From: a virus
Lineage: Duplodnaviria > Heunggongvirae > Uroviricota > Caudoviricetes
Direction: 5' to 3' (one strand)
Length of the DNA stretch: 31,495 nt
IMG/VR virus record: IMGVR_UViG_2778261428_000002
Numbering within the stretch: position 1 is the stretch's first letter; each line of letters opens with the position of its first letter. The notes below the pieces were generated by a model. That model saw only the letters and a program-made list of their open reading frames with translations. It ran no database searches and was not told where the DNA came from. Below are positions 9,117 through 19,496 of this stretch, piece after piece. Made by a program: the position numbers and the translations under genes.

Positions 9117-11966
9117 TTAATCAATATCGCGCAGGCTGCTGCGGGTTCTGGCGGCATTCTGCCGTTCGCGCTTGTCCAGTTCCTGCGCCACCAGTTTCGC
9201 CAGTTGTTGTTCATTCATGCCGGGAGCAGCGTGGATGTGAATAGTGACTGGCCCGCCGCTGGTTGCTGGTGCGGAAAGGGATGCTGGCGCGAGCGGGGCG
9301 CGATTATCCGGCAGGGCGGCGAGAGGGGGCATGGCGACAGCGGCGGCGCTGAGCGTCAGCCCGGCACCGGCGGCGATTAACTGCTTCGAGAGTTGCCCTA
9401 CGCTGGCCAGCGCCGTTTGCGTGTTGCCCTCAATCCCGACCGCCAGCCCGTCCACGGTATAGCGGCCCATTTCGGCGAATACCCGCGACGGTGAGTGAAT
9501 ACCGAGCTTGTCCTTGAACCAGTTGGAAATATTGCTGCCCAGATCCAGCACACCCTGCTTAATCGCTTCCCATTTGGCGAAGATCCCCTGTTTCAGCCCT
9601 TCCATGATATTGCCGCCGATCTCGGTAAAGCGGGTGGACAGGTTACTGAAACTGTTCAGAACGTTATCCCAGACTGTGGTAAACACCGTGGACAGGTTCC
9701 AGTTGGTGAAAAAAGCAATGATGGCATTCAGGGCAGTGCTGACGGTGGTTTTAATTCCCTCCCAGATACCGGTGGCGGTAGTGGTAATGCCCGTCCATAT
9801 TTGCCCCAGAAATGCCACCACGCTGTTCCACGCTTCAACGGTCGTTGCTTTGATAGTATCCCAGTGCTGGTAAACCAGACCGGGCAGCGTCCAGTTCAGC
9901 AGGATATTCACCAGCCCGTCCCAGCAGCCGAAGAGAAACGTTTTAATCCCTTCCCAGACGGCGCTGGTTGTGGTTTTTACACTGTTCCACGCATCGCTGC
10001 ATACCTGCTTAAAACTATTCCAAAGCGCGGCGAACTTCGGCCCCAGCCAGTCCCAGTTACTCCAGATCCAGATGGCGGCACCGGCGATCAGCGCAATCAC
10101 CGCCAGAACCGGGTTAGCCATCATTGCGCGACCCAGCCAAATTACCGCTTTTCCCGCGCCTTTAAAGGCATTCGCCAGCAGCCCTAGCGCGCTGCCGCCC
10201 TTAATACCGAGCACCGACAGGCTGAGTTTTAGCGCCGCCATCGGGCCGAGGATACCGGCCAGCGTCAGGGATATGCCACCGAGCGCTACGGCGAACGCGC
10301 CGATCGCCATGCCGATTTTCACCAGTGTGGCGGTTAGCTGCGGGTTGGCCTTCATCCATGCGCCGATGGACTGTAAAACGCCGGTCATACGTTGGGTAAT
10401 GCTGCGCAACGGGCTGTCTACCGATTCGAACATCTCAATACCGAGATCTTCCCACGCTGAGTCAAGATTCTGGAGATCCCCCTTCATATTATCGGCCATC
10501 GTTTTGGCAACTTTGCCAGCGGTACCGAGGGAGGCTTTCACCTGTTCGGCATAGGCTTCAATGCGCTGCGACGGATCGAGTGACGCCTGTTTGTCGAGCA
10601 GTTCCATCATGGCGGAGGAGGCTTCCACGCCGAAAATATCCTTGATGTAGGACATTTTCTTCACGTTACCGACGCCGCCGATCCCTTTCTTCTCAAATGC
10701 GGCGGATATTTCTGCCAGTAGTTGCGGCATCTCTTTCATTTTCCCGGTACTGTCCGCCACCGAGACTTTCAGATCCTCCAGCGCCTCCGCCGCGCGTTTG
10801 GGCTGGGCTGCCAGCCGTAACAGCGCCATACGCAAAGAGGTACCCGCCTGCGATCCCTGAATCCCCACGTTGCCCAGCATCCCGACCATTGCCGACATGG
10901 TTTCAAAATCCTGCCCTGCCGCCTGCGCCGCCGGGCCAACGTATTTCATCGTTTCGCCCAACATTTGCAGGTCGGTATTAGACGTGGTGAATGTGAAAGT
11001 CAGCGCGTCGGCCATGCGTTGCATCTGGTCAGCCGGGATTTTATAGGCGCTCTGAATATTGGATGCGATATCAGAAACCTGCGCCAGTTGCGTATCCATT
11101 CCCGCCGCTTTCGCCAGATCCAGCATGTGCGGCATCGCCTTTTCGATTTTATCCGGCGTGTAGCCCGCCATTGCCAGAAAACCCTGCCCCTGCGCCACAT
11201 CGTTGGCGGTAAAGCTGGTTGATGCGCCCAAATCCCGCGATTGCGTTCGCAGCCGTTTCAGTTCATCAGAATTTTTATCGGTGCGTGTTAACGCCTGTAC
11301 GCGCGACATGCCCACGTCGAAATCGTAGCCGGGCATCATTACCCGCGCACCGCCGTAGAGCATACCCACGCCGGTGGCCGTCGCGGTTGCGCCAAATCCG
11401 GCCAGTTTGTTGCGGGTGTCCATGGCTCCGGCGTAGCTGTTTTTTGCTGCGTTCATCCGCTGTTGCTGCCGGTTTAGCCGTTCCAGTCGCCTGCGCTGTT
11501 CCTCCACGCTACGGTTAGCACTCTCCAGTCGTTGCCGTAGTTCACTCTGGCGCTGGCTAAGATTACGGGTATCGATACCAGCGTTGCACAGTGCGGTGCG
11601 GCTACGCTGCTGGGCCTGAGTAAGTTGACCATGCCGTTCTTTAAGTCGCCGCGCCTCCTGCTGGGCACGTTCAAACTCCCGACGCATCGCTGCCGTGGGC
11701 GCAGTGCTGCTTTGCATTGCCGTGGCCAGCGCCCGGACGTGATCCTGCGCGCTTTTAAGCTGGTTGCCGGTGACGGCGACATCGCGCGCCAGCTTGCGAT
11801 AGCCATCGATTTGTCCGGCCTGTTTGTTCAGGTCTTTGACCTGCTGCTGCGCCGCTTTCAGCGCTCTGGCGGTTTCGCTGCTTTGATGTGAAACAGAACG
11901 CAGCGGGCGGGTGATTTTGTCCACTGCGTTGAGGAGTACCTGCAGGCGTAGGTTCTGTGTGCTCAT
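9117..11966 (-). CDS. T: Tail tape-measure protein (gpT-like)
   Basis: 949 aa. N-terminal coiled-coil-rich region, central Gly/Ala-rich hydrophobic segments, position between E/E' and U. Confidence 0.9.
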   Translation of the reverse strand: MSTQNLRLQVLLNAVDKITRPLRSVSHQSSETARALKAAQQQVKDLNKQAGQIDGYRKLARDVAVTGNQLKSAQDHVRALATAMQSSTAPTAAMRREFERAQQEARRLKERHGQLTQAQQRSRTALCNAGIDTRNLSQRQSELRQRLESANRSVEEQRRRLERLNRQQQRMNAAKNSYAGAMDTRNKLAGFGATATATGVGMLYGGARVMMPGYDFDVGMSRVQALTRTDKNSDELKRLRTQSRDLGASTSFTANDVAQGQGFLAMAGYTPDKIEKAMPHMLDLAKAAGMDTQLAQVSDIASNIQSAYKIPADQMQRMADALTFTFTTSNTDLQMLGETMKYVGPAAQAAGQDFETMSAMVGMLGNVGIQGSQAGTSLRMALLRLAAQPKRAAEALEDLKVSVADSTGKMKEMPQLLAEISAAFEKKGIGGVGNVKKMSYIKDIFGVEASSAMMELLDKQASLDPSQRIEAYAEQVKASLGTAGKVAKTMADNMKGDLQNLDSAWEDLGIEMFESVDSPLRSITQRMTGVLQSIGAWMKANPQLTATLVKIGMAIGAFAVALGGISLTLAGILGPMAALKLSLSVLGIKGGSALGLLANAFKGAGKAVIWLGRAMMANPVLAVIALIAGAAIWIWSNWDWLGPKFAALWNSFKQVCSDAWNSVKTTTSAVWEGIKTFLFGCWDGLVNILLNWTLPGLVYQHWDTIKATTVEAWNSVVAFLGQIWTGITTTATGIWEGIKTTVSTALNAIIAFFTNWNLSTVFTTVWDNVLNSFSNLSTRFTEIGGNIMEGLKQGIFAKWEAIKQGVLDLGSNISNWFKDKLGIHSPSRVFAEMGRYTVDGLAVGIEGNTQTALASVGQLSKQLIAAGAGLTLSAAAVAMPPLAALPDNRAPLAPASLSAPATSGGPVTIHIHAAPGMNEQQLAKLVAQELDKRERQNAARTRSSLRDID

Positions 11967-12087
11967 TTATCGGCCCCGCTGCGCTGGCGGGCCTGTTCCC
12001 GCCAGTAAAGGGTTTCGCTTAGTGTGAGAGCGTCCATTGCCGACAGCGGCCAGTGAAAAATAACGGCGATATCGGCCTGCGCCTCTT

Positions 12088-12384
12088 CTATGCGTCCGGG
12101 GTATCCGCTGCTTCCGGCGAGGTCTGCGGCAAAAAACCGACAAGCGCCGTACCGAAGGCCGTCAGGTCGATAAAATCCAGTTGCGCCACCTCATGCTTAT
12201 TCAGCGCCGGTGCGGTGATGCGGGGCAGAACGGTGGTCAGTGCGTCGACGTTGAGGCTCAGCAGCTCCACCAGACTGACACCGCGCAGGTCGCCGCCCAG
12301 CGGTTTACGGATCTGGAACTCGACAAATTCGGTTTCGCCGCGTTTCAGGGGAGTATTCAGGGTCACGGTTTTACGTTCGTTCAT
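12088..12384 (-). CDS. E: Tail assembly chaperone E (gpE-like); E+E' frameshift product extends to about 11963
   Basis: 98-aa ORF directly upstream of T. A -1 frame stays open from the slippery site to a TGA overlapping the T start, giving an E+E' product of roughly 140 aa as in P2. Confidence 0.8.
   Translation of the reverse strand: MNERKTVTLNTPLKRGETEFVEFQIRKPLGGDLRGVSLVELLSLNVDALTTVLPRITAPALNKHEVAQLDFIDLTAFGTALVGFLPQTSPEAADTPDA
12130..12136 (-). other. Programmed -1 ribosomal frameshift slippery heptamer (T TTT TTG) for E/E'
   Basis: Minus-strand GGT TTT TTG in the E frame, 14 codons before the E stop. The -1 frame is open for about 55 codons beyond. Confidence 0.7.
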
Positions 12385-12393
12385 GGTTCATCC

Positions 12394-12909
12394 TTACAGG
12401 CCAATGGCCCGGCGTGCGCCAGCCAGACGGTCTTTGCCGTCAATATTTTCAATAAAGTTCACGGTGTCGATTTCAACGATGGTTTCACCGTTAACGCTCT
12501 CTTTGTAATAGGTACAAAGGGTGCTGATTTTGGTCGCGGAGTTCTCGCCTTGCTTGTATTCGCCGCGATCCAGCTCTTTGTGGCGACCACGCACCACGAT
12601 TTCCACTGCGTCGTACTCTTCGCTGTCTTCACGCTGGATAGCGCCGGAGAATCGCAGCATCACGCCGCTGATCTTCGTCCAGCCGATCTGCCGCAGCGCC
12701 AGCAGCTCATAGCCGCCGATTGACCATTCCACGCTGAGCGCCTCGTCATCCAGCCCCAGATCGACATGCGCTGCGCCGTTCATGCCGCCGCCACGATAGG
12801 CTTCCAGCTTGCGCGTCAGCTTTGCCGGAGTGAAGGACTCCACCTGCGCCAGATAGATATCGCCCTCGTTAAACAGGTTGAGGTATTTCAGTTTGCTGGG
12901 TAGTGCCAT
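12394..12909 (-). CDS. FII: Tail tube protein (gpFII-like)
   Basis: 171 aa between sheath and E, conserved P2 order. Confidence 0.85.
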   Translation of the reverse strand: MALPSKLKYLNLFNEGDIYLAQVESFTPAKLTRKLEAYRGGGMNGAAHVDLGLDDEALSVEWSIGGYELLALRQIGWTKISGVMLRFSGAIQREDSEEYDAVEIVVRGRHKELDRGEYKQGENSATKISTLCTYYKESVNGETIVEIDTVNFIENIDGKDRLAGARRAIGL

Positions 12910-12923
12910 GGTGCGTTCTCCTG

Positions 12924-14102
12924 TTACACGGTGGTGGCGATGGATTCAGCCAGATTGACCAGATAGCGGTCAGTGATGCGCTGGCGGAACATCAGGTTTT
13001 CCAGCGGCGGCACCGGGGTGTAGTCGTAGTCGATATACGCTTTACCCGCTTTCAGGATGTCCGGCGTGTTGGCGGCGGGATCGAACCATGCGGAACCATC
13101 GACGATGTAGCCGTTGCCTTTCAGTTCGCGGAATTTGGCGTTCACGCCTTCGATAATGTCGCGGAACAGAGAAGCGTGTTGCGGTTTATCTACCGCCCAG
13201 AAGTGGGCGTCGGCGATGGTATCCGCCAGCACCTGCGCGGTGCGGGTGTAGTTCTCAAAGGCAAACAGCGGATCGGTGCTGCAGGTGCGCGATCCCCAGA
13301 AGCGATAGCCGCCGTTGCAAATCAGCGTGGTGACGTCGTGGCTGTTGAGGTAATCCGAATCGGTGGCGGTGGACTGCAGATCCCAGAATACGCTGCGGGA
13401 AATGCCAGTCACGCCGTTGACGTCAACGTTGGACAGCGTTTTATGCCAGCCGATTTCTTCATCAATTTTTGCACGCAGGCCCACGGCATGGGCGGTGGCG
13501 TACAGCGTGCGTTCGGCAGCAGCCTGCGTATCAAAGCCGACAAAATCCGGCCAGATAATCATCGCCTCCCGTGCGCCGAGCTGATCGCGATACAGCACCA
13601 CCTCTTCTTTGGTCTGCGCGCCGAACGCCGACAGATAGCTGAAGGCGCGAAGCTGCTGTGAAATGCTGACCAGTTCGGTGACGACAGGCAGAGAATCCAG
13701 CCCCGGTACCGCCAGAATGCGCGGTTTTATTTTCAGTTTGGTTTGCGAGTCCAGCAGCGCCTTCATGCCGGTGTATTTCCCGGCTGGCGTGCTGCCGCCG
13801 ATGATATTGGCGGTGGTTTCGGCGGCGGAGTCGCCTTCGGCTACGCGCACGGCGACTACCACCGGCTGCGTCTGGTCGGCGATGGCATCCAGAGAGTGCG
13901 CCAGCGTACCGCTATCACCGGCTTTACCCAGCGCAGATCGCACGTCGGTTAACAGTACCGGGGTATCAAGGGGAAAGGTTTTTTCATCGGCGTCTGATCC
14001 GGTGCAGACGATGCCGATCACGGCGGTGGAGAGGGTACGGATTGGGCGCACGCCTTCATTGATTTCAATAACGCGCGCGCCGTGGTGGTAGTCGGTTGCC
14101 AT
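12924..14102 (-). CDS. FI: Contractile tail sheath protein (gpFI-like)
   Basis: Start moved to MATDYHHGARVIEINEG (GGAGG RBS 8 nt upstream). Strong similarity to P2 FI as I recall it (YTPVPPLENL, GWHKTLSNV). Confidence 0.9.
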   Translation of the reverse strand: MATDYHHGARVIEINEGVRPIRTLSTAVIGIVCTGSDADEKTFPLDTPVLLTDVRSALGKAGDSGTLAHSLDAIADQTQPVVVAVRVAEGDSAAETTANIIGGSTPAGKYTGMKALLDSQTKLKIKPRILAVPGLDSLPVVTELVSISQQLRAFSYLSAFGAQTKEEVVLYRDQLGAREAMIIWPDFVGFDTQAAAERTLYATAHAVGLRAKIDEEIGWHKTLSNVDVNGVTGISRSVFWDLQSTATDSDYLNSHDVTTLICNGGYRFWGSRTCSTDPLFAFENYTRTAQVLADTIADAHFWAVDKPQHASLFRDIIEGVNAKFRELKGNGYIVDGSAWFDPAANTPDILKAGKAYIDYDYTPVPPLENLMFRQRITDRYLVNLAESIATTV

Positions 14103-14173
14103 AGGGCGAGCCTCCATCAGGTCAATAAATGACGATGGTGGCACGATGGCGGGGGGATGTAAGATCGCTTCCA

Positions 14174-14196
14174 CTTGTAACCACAGGCACTACAAG
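14174..14196 (-). promoter_or_regulatory. Late-promoter dyad CTTGTAA-N10-TACAAG upstream of FI
   Basis: Near-perfect 23-bp inverted repeat, centre about 83 nt upstream of the FI start. Same motif occurs three more times. Confidence 0.6.
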
Positions 14197-14208
14197 CAGA
14201 AGCGGTTT

Positions 14209-14967
14209 TTAATTCAGGATAATCAGTTCTGATGTAGCGCTGGCTGGCTTTCCGCCTACGGTATAGCGAATCCCTACCGTTGAGAATGTCAGGCCGTGGA
14301 AGATATCGCGCATTTCCGGGATGTCGTTAACCGAGATAATCATCCGGCCCTGCATGGTGCGCGCCAGCTCTGCCATACGCTGGTACTGCTCAAGGCCAAA
14401 CGGTACGCCGTAGCCTTCGGTTTTCCAGTATGGCGGGTCGCAGTAGAACAGGGTATGCGGGCGGTCATAGCGGCGAATACAGTCGGCCCAGTCCAGATTT
14501 TCAATACAGACGCGCGCCAGCCGCAGATGGGCGGCGGATAAATCTTCCTCCATACGCAGCAGGTTCAGGCGTGGCGGTGAGGTGGTGGCGGTACCGAACG
14601 TGCGGCTTTCCACCTTGCCGCCGAACGCCAGCTTTTGCAGATAGTAGAAGCGCGCCGCGCGCTGGATGTCGGTCAGCGTTTCTTCCGGGGTGATCTGGAG
14701 CCAGCGGTACATTTCGCGGCTGACCAGCGACCATTTAAACTGGCGGACAAACTCTTCTAAATGGTGCTGGAGTACCCGGTAGAGGTTGGTAACGTCACCG
14801 TTGATATCATTCAGCACCTCGGCCTGAGCGGGGCGTTTCATAAAGAACAGCGCCGCCGCTCCGCAAAATGGCTCGACGTAACAGCGGTGTTCAGGAAACA
14901 GCGGCAGGATGTGTTTCGCCAGTCGGCGTTTGCCGCCGATCCACGGAATAACGGGTAACGTATTCAT
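14209..14967 (-). CDS. dam: DNA adenine methyltransferase (Dam-like, N6-adenine)
   Basis: 252 aa. SAM-binding FCGAAALFF and catalytic DPPY (YCDPPYWKTEGY). Sits between tail-fibre genes and FI. Confidence 0.85.
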   Translation of the reverse strand: MNTLPVIPWIGGKRRLAKHILPLFPEHRCYVEPFCGAAALFFMKRPAQAEVLNDINGDVTNLYRVLQHHLEEFVRQFKWSLVSREMYRWLQITPEETLTDIQRAARFYYLQKLAFGGKVESRTFGTATTSPPRLNLLRMEEDLSAAHLRLARVCIENLDWADCIRRYDRPHTLFYCDPPYWKTEGYGVPFGLEQYQRMAELARTMQGRMIISVNDIPEMRDIFHGLTFSTVGIRYTVGGKPASATSELIILN

Positions 14968-15431
14968 ATTGTCAATTTTCCAGACCGACTGCTGACCAAC
15001 GCATACAGCAGATTAGGCGACCAGCGCCAGCTATCGCGCAGGTGCAGAAATTCGGCGCAGAACTCGCTGCAAAACAGGCGTTCCTGTTTGCCCTGACTGA
15101 GTAACACAAAACCCATGGCGCCCAGCCAGTCGTAACCTTTATCGTCATGCTGACGAAAAAAGGTTTCCAGTGCCAGCGGATCGGCGTTGATCGGGAGTAA
15201 ATCCCATTTCTCAATCGGCAGCGGCATTCGTTTGCTGCGCACGCCTTTATCCCGTACCGATGATGAGTAACAGATAAACAGGCCATCCGGCTGGCGTTCG
15301 ACCAGTTCGCAGTGAGAGTAAGGGCCGCGCGTGACCTGTCGAGTCAGCCAGTCGGAGAGCCGGGCAAGGCTGAAAAAGCGTTCAGCCCGGCCACGGTAGA
15401 ACGCCGCGTAAACCTGACTCATGGTTGCCAT
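14964..15431 (-). CDS. Hypothetical Cys/His-containing protein co-transcribed with dam; possible permuted papain-like hydrolase
   Basis: 155 aa. Stop overlaps the dam start. YSHCE and FCSEFC motifs (His before Cys). Fold assignment is speculative. Confidence 0.55.
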   Translation of the reverse strand: MATMSQVYAAFYRGRAERFFSLARLSDWLTRQVTRGPYSHCELVERQPDGLFICYSSSVRDKGVRSKRMPLPIEKWDLLPINADPLALETFFRQHDDKGYDWLGAMGFVLLSQGKQERLFCSEFCAEFLHLRDSWRWSPNLLYALVSSRSGKLTI

Positions 15432-16126
15432 CCTGACGAGTAGTCGTAACCCATAACCGCCTGCACCTCCGTCAATGCTTCAATGGCGGCAATATGCTGC
15501 TGGGCAGCGGCGAACAGGCGCATATCGTGCGCCATTGTTTCGGTTTCAAACCGGGCGGCGATTTCGTTGGTCAGTTCAATCAGGTTGTGATTTTTGGTCT
15601 GCCACATTAAGCCTGCCGGTATTTGTTTAGCCACGCCCATTTTGGTGAGCGAGAGCTGCTGGATGCGGCTGTTAGCGTCGCTGTGGAAATGGTGATTATC
15701 GATGATGATGTAGTCGGCGGTGATTCGATCTCGATACTGCTTTATTTCTGCCACCTTTGCCTGTCGGGCTTTTTCGATATCGGGCCGCCAGCGTTTGCCG
15801 TCCCAACGGACAAAGGCGTTATCGGGCTTCAGCAGAGTGACGTTATCCGGCAATGGCCCCAGATGATGAAGCTGTACCTCACTGCCCGCATCGGTATCAA
15901 ACGCGGTTTTACCGCGATGATCTTCTACCGCAAGCCATGTTTCTCCGTTGAATGTCAGGGCAAAGCCGCTCTGGCATTCGGGAGGCTCGATAGTGGTACA
16001 GCATTCCGGTAAGCCGGTGTTGGGGGCGATATAGGCGTCGCTGACGCCGATAAATTCCTGAGTGTCTGCCGCGTAGTTAAAGATGCGCAGGGTTTGCGGT
16101 TCGTCGGAAAATGCGAATGTGCTCAT
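15419..16126 (-). CDS. G: Tail fibre assembly protein (gpG/Tfa-like)
   Basis: 235 aa immediately downstream of the tail fibre gene. N-terminal region typical of Tfa chaperones ([11 protein letters not shown]). Confidence 0.8.
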   Translation of the reverse strand: MSTFAFSDEPQTLRIFNYAADTQEFIGVSDAYIAPNTGLPECCTTIEPPECQSGFALTFNGETWLAVEDHRGKTAFDTDAGSEVQLHHLGPLPDNVTLLKPDNAFVRWDGKRWRPDIEKARQAKVAEIKQYRDRITADYIIIDNHHFHSDANSRIQQLSLTKMGVAKQIPAGLMWQTKNHNLIELTNEIAARFETETMAHDMRLFAAAQQHIAAIEALTEVQAVMGYDYSSGWQP

Positions 16127-17634
16127 GCCAGCCTCACGATATAGTTGAAAGCGATATTTTTAACGGTGTTTTCGGCGTTCCCGGCGGCATTCACCGTAAT
16201 AGTGTGGCTGTGGGAACCTAAGACGACGGTGTGGTTATGTGCGCCGATAGCCAGCGAATGGGTATGTGCGCCGATAGCAACGGTGTGGGCGTGGTTGCCA
16301 TTGGTACTTGTCACGTCCCTGAAATCTTCATCGCTATTATCAGAACCCACCACTGACGCCATATTCTTCCCTGTTTTTATGCCGTCAGTCGGAATTTGGT
16401 GGTTGTGCGCGCCGGTGGTATTGGTCGATTTTGTCCCGTAGTCAAACGCGCTGGTATTTTTGGTACCCAAATCGGTGGAACTGGCGGTTTTAGTACCTAA
16501 ATCCGTGTTAGTGGCGCTGGCGGTGTGACCATGCGATTTAATGCCATCCTGCTCCTGAGACAGTATCGTGCGTCCGCTGGCGGGTTTCCCCTTGATTGTC
16601 CAGCCGCGCATATCCGGGATTACACCGGAGGGGTAAGCGATTGCCAGCTTAGGGTAGGAGGTTTTATTGAAGGACTGACCGACCATCAGGGCGTAGCCGC
16701 TGGGGATGGCATCGGATGACCACGGTATCGGCGCGCCGACCGGACAGGTTTCCGCCGCCAGCGCTTTGTCTACTGCCGCTTTTACCGCTTTAGGCGTGGC
16801 GGCCAGCGTTTCGCTGGTGCTGTCGATGGCGCTACTAAGCTGGGCAACCCCTTTGCGCGTCGTGGTGGCATCCTGCTCGGTATATTTTCCATTAGCCAGA
16901 TCGTAGGCCGCTTTCACCGCTTTGGGCGTGGCGGCGAGCGTTTCGCTGGTGCTGTTGGTTTCGCTGCTAAGCTGGACAACCCCTTTGCGCGCTGTGGTGG
17001 CATCCTGTTCGGTATATTTTCCATTAGCCAGATCGTAGGCTGCTTTCATCGCTTTGGGCGTGGCGGCCAGTGTTTCGCTGATGCTGTTGGTCGCGCTGCT
17101 TAATTGGGCAAATCCTTTGGCGGTTAAGGTGGCGTCAGGATGGTTACGGGACTGCGCGTGGCGGGATAGGCCTTCATCCACATACTGTCTTGTTGCCAGC
17201 ACCACGGCAGGGTCGATTTTCAGTTCCACGTTTTCCGTATGGGAGACAATCAGCACCATGCGGATAATCTGTGTGCGGCCCGAACCTTCGATTAACTGCG
17301 GCTTGTAGGTTGGCGGGCAGTTGCCGACGGCAATCAGCCGGTCGTGCTCGTCGTACAGGCCAATTTCCCTGATCCACCATCCGCCTACGTCCTCCGGCAA
17401 TACCTGTTCGGCAATAATCTGGTTGGGGTTGTTAGGGTCAATACTGAGCGTATTCAGCGGCGCACGTCGGCGTTCGTTGACTAACCGGGTTTGGCCGGTA
17501 TCCGGCGTTGGCAGGTTACCATTTCCGTCACCAACGGCCATTTGCGTCAGATGAAGAGGCGAACCCTGTGCGGTGGCGGTCGCCAGCGCGGATTCGCCGG
17601 TAGTGGTTAATAGCGTGAAATAGGTAGCGCTCAT
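16123..17634 (-). CDS. H: Tail fibre protein (gpH-like)
   Basis: 503 aa. Conserved N-terminal baseplate-attachment region, three tandem ~44-aa repeats, C-terminal HxH repeats ([24 protein letters not shown]). Confidence 0.85.
   Translation of the reverse strand: MSATYFTLLTTTGESALATATAQGSPLHLTQMAVGDGNGNLPTPDTGQTRLVNERRRAPLNTLSIDPNNPNQIIAEQVLPEDVGGWWIREIGLYDEHDRLIAVGNCPPTYKPQLIEGSGRTQIIRMVLIVSHTENVELKIDPAVVLATRQYVDEGLSRHAQSRNHPDATLTAKGFAQLSSATNSISETLAATPKAMKAAYDLANGKYTEQDATTARKGVVQLSSETNSTSETLAATPKAVKAAYDLANGKYTEQDATTTRKGVAQLSSAIDSTSETLAATPKAVKAAVDKALAAETCPVGAPIPWSSDAIPSGYALMVGQSFNKTSYPKLAIAYPSGVIPDMRGWTIKGKPASGRTILSQEQDGIKSHGHTASATNTDLGTKTASSTDLGTKNTSAFDYGTKSTNTTGAHNHQIPTDGIKTGKNMASVVGSDNSDEDFRDVTSTNGNHAHTVAIGAHTHSLAIGAHNHTVVLGSHSHTITVNAAGNAENTVKNIAFNYIVRLA
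16787..17182. repeat. Three tandem ~132-bp direct repeats inside the tail fibre gene
   Basis: Units begin near 16787, 16919 and 17051 and are near-identical. They encode the repeated segment [29 protein letters not shown]. Third unit diverges at its end. Confidence 0.8.
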
Positions 17635-18245
17635 GGGGCGATCCTTAGCGTATCAATCAGATGCAGCGCAGCCCCACGGTAGTTACGGCCCACGCTGTAT
17701 ACATGTTCAGGAATAAAGGGATAAACGGTGAGCGTATCGCCGGTATAGTTCGTCGCGGTGAACCAGACGTATCCGTTGCTCTGCAGGCTGATCGCCAGTC
17801 CGATTAAGTGGCGTGAACAGGGTTTTGCATCATCGATCAGGCGCTCCAGCTCTACATACATCTGCTCGGTGATGCCCTGTTCGCGCACGCCGACTTCCAG
17901 CGCGAAGGTGCCGGGAATACCTTCCGGGCGCAGTTGCCACCATTCGGTTACCCGGATAAGGAAACCGAGCGGCTCCACCGCACGCTGTAGTGCGCCGATG
18001 GTGCCTTTGTGTTGATGGATGTAGAAAGAAGCGGCAATCACCTGCCGCTTGGTATCGGCTGGCCAGTTTTCATCCCAGCGGTCAACGGAAAACGCCCATG
18101 CCAGATAAGGCAACAGCGCGGCGGGGCAGTTATCCGGTTGCCACAGGCTACGCAGCGGAACCGGCACTCGTTCAGTCAGGCTACCTGTTTGCGCCAGATT
18201 CTGCTCCAGCGAGCTGGCATTGTTGGGGAGCAGGGAGCTATTCAT
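17631..18245 (-). CDS. I: Baseplate protein I (gpI-like)
   Basis: Start moved to [14 protein letters not shown] (ATG at 18245), overlapping the J stop by 8 nt. P2 order. Confidence 0.8.
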   Translation of the reverse strand: MNSSLLPNNASSLEQNLAQTGSLTERVPVPLRSLWQPDNCPAALLPYLAWAFSVDRWDENWPADTKRQVIAASFYIHQHKGTIGALQRAVEPLGFLIRVTEWWQLRPEGIPGTFALEVGVREQGITEQMYVELERLIDDAKPCSRHLIGLAISLQSNGYVWFTATNYTGDTLTVYPFIPEHVYSVGRNYRGAALHLIDTLRIAP

Positions 18246-19149
18246 CGCTTCCCCCGATGGCAATTTGCCATCCGGTACAGTAACTGGCCTGCGTTTTGCT
18301 GATGATGACGTCAACGGCAGGGGAGAGCAGTTCTACGCGCTGAACGCCGGTGACATGCAGCGCGGCGTAAATCGCGCTACGGCGAATATCGCGCCCGATT
18401 CGATGCTGGTCATTGACGTAGCTTTTTAGCCGCTGCTCGGCGGCCTGCCGAATGGGTTCCTGCTCCGGGCCGGGATAGCAATAAAGTACGGCATCAATCT
18501 GATACGGGATCACTTCAGCGGACTGAATGGTTGGGCGATCGCCTACCGGACGAATATCAATATCGTTCAGGGCGGTATCGACGATCGCCAGCAACTCTGC
18601 GCTGGCCAGCCCGTTGCCTTCGCGGGAGAGTACCGACACGGTGACGTAACAGGGATAGGGGCTGATAGCGGAGACGTCGGCGATACGCCCGTCTGCGCTG
18701 CGGGCGTGATATTCGTAGGCGGCGGTCGGGCCTGCGACGGACAGTCCTTCAAACGCCTGCTGTGCGCGCATTCGTAAATCGCTGTCGGATTCATAAACCG
18801 GATCAACGGGCGGTATCGCCGTACTGTCTCCGGGCGAGATTTGCAGGCGAAAAACCTTAAAGTTAGCGACCAGATTATCCAGATCGTGCCTGACGGCATG
18901 GGCCAGCATATTGGCGACGGCGGCTTCATTGATGCGTACCCGCAGCGCCATCTCTAAGTAAGTATTTTCCTGCAACAGCTTGACGAAGGGTTCTGATTCA
19001 TAGCCCAGCGTGCGGGTAACTTCTGCTTGCTGTTCGGCAGGATACAGGCTGATAAAGCGCTGCTTGCGGGCGGTGAATAGGGTTTCAAAATCGAGCGTTT
19101 CCACCACATTGGGGATGGGTAACTGGCTTAAATCGGTCAGCGCGCTCAT
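18238..19149 (-). CDS. J: Baseplate assembly protein J (gpJ-like)
   Basis: Start moved to MSALTDLSQ (ATG at 19149), overlapping the W stop (ATGA). About 303 aa. Confidence 0.85.
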   Translation of the reverse strand: MSALTDLSQLPIPNVVETLDFETLFTARKQRFISLYPAEQQAEVTRTLGYESEPFVKLLQENTYLEMALRVRINEAAVANMLAHAVRHDLDNLVANFKVFRLQISPGDSTAIPPVDPVYESDSDLRMRAQQAFEGLSVAGPTAAYEYHARSADGRIADVSAISPYPCYVTVSVLSREGNGLASAELLAIVDTALNDIDIRPVGDRPTIQSAEVIPYQIDAVLYCYPGPEQEPIRQAAEQRLKSYVNDQHRIGRDIRRSAIYAALHVTGVQRVELLSPAVDVIISKTQASYCTGWQIAIGGSDE

Positions 19150-19496
19150 GAACGTCTCCTGTCGATCGGAATGGAGAATGTCCACGGCTGGCCGGGGATA
19201 TCGGTACGTTCGGCTTCAATGGTGACGCTGAGATCGGCATTATCCGCAGCAAAGTCCACGCCGATAATCTCGATGCGAGGTTCCCAGCGCGTCAGCGCCA
19301 TGACCACCGCCGACATCACCCGTAGCCGGGTAGCGCCATCGTTGGGCTGGTCGATCAGGTTGCCGACCAGTGAGCCATAATCGCGGCGCATCACGCGCGT
19401 ACCTACTGGTGTGGTCAGAATGTCTTTTACGGATTGCTTAATGTGCAACTCATCGCTTAATGCTCTGCCGGTTTCGGCGTTCATACCGAGGTACAT
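19146..19496 (-). CDS. W: Baseplate protein W (gpW/GPW-gp25 family)
   Basis: 116 aa in the conserved V-W-J-I order. Confidence 0.85.
   Translation of the reverse strand: MYLGMNAETGRALSDELHIKQSVKDILTTPVGTRVMRRDYGSLVGNLIDQPNDGATRLRVMSAVVMALTRWEPRIEIIGVDFAADNADLSVTIEAERTDIPGQPWTFSIPIDRRRS

Noticed and set aside
9495-10554. Long plus-strand ORFs (230, 121 and 194 aa) inside the tape-measure region
   Set aside because: They are antisense to a well-supported minus-strand gene in GC-rich DNA, have no RBS and a low-complexity Pro/Ala/Gly/Arg composition. Shadow ORFs.
12903-14091. Plus-strand ORFs (252, 73 and 142 aa) opposite the tail sheath gene
   Set aside because: Antisense shadow ORFs of FI with no translation signals.
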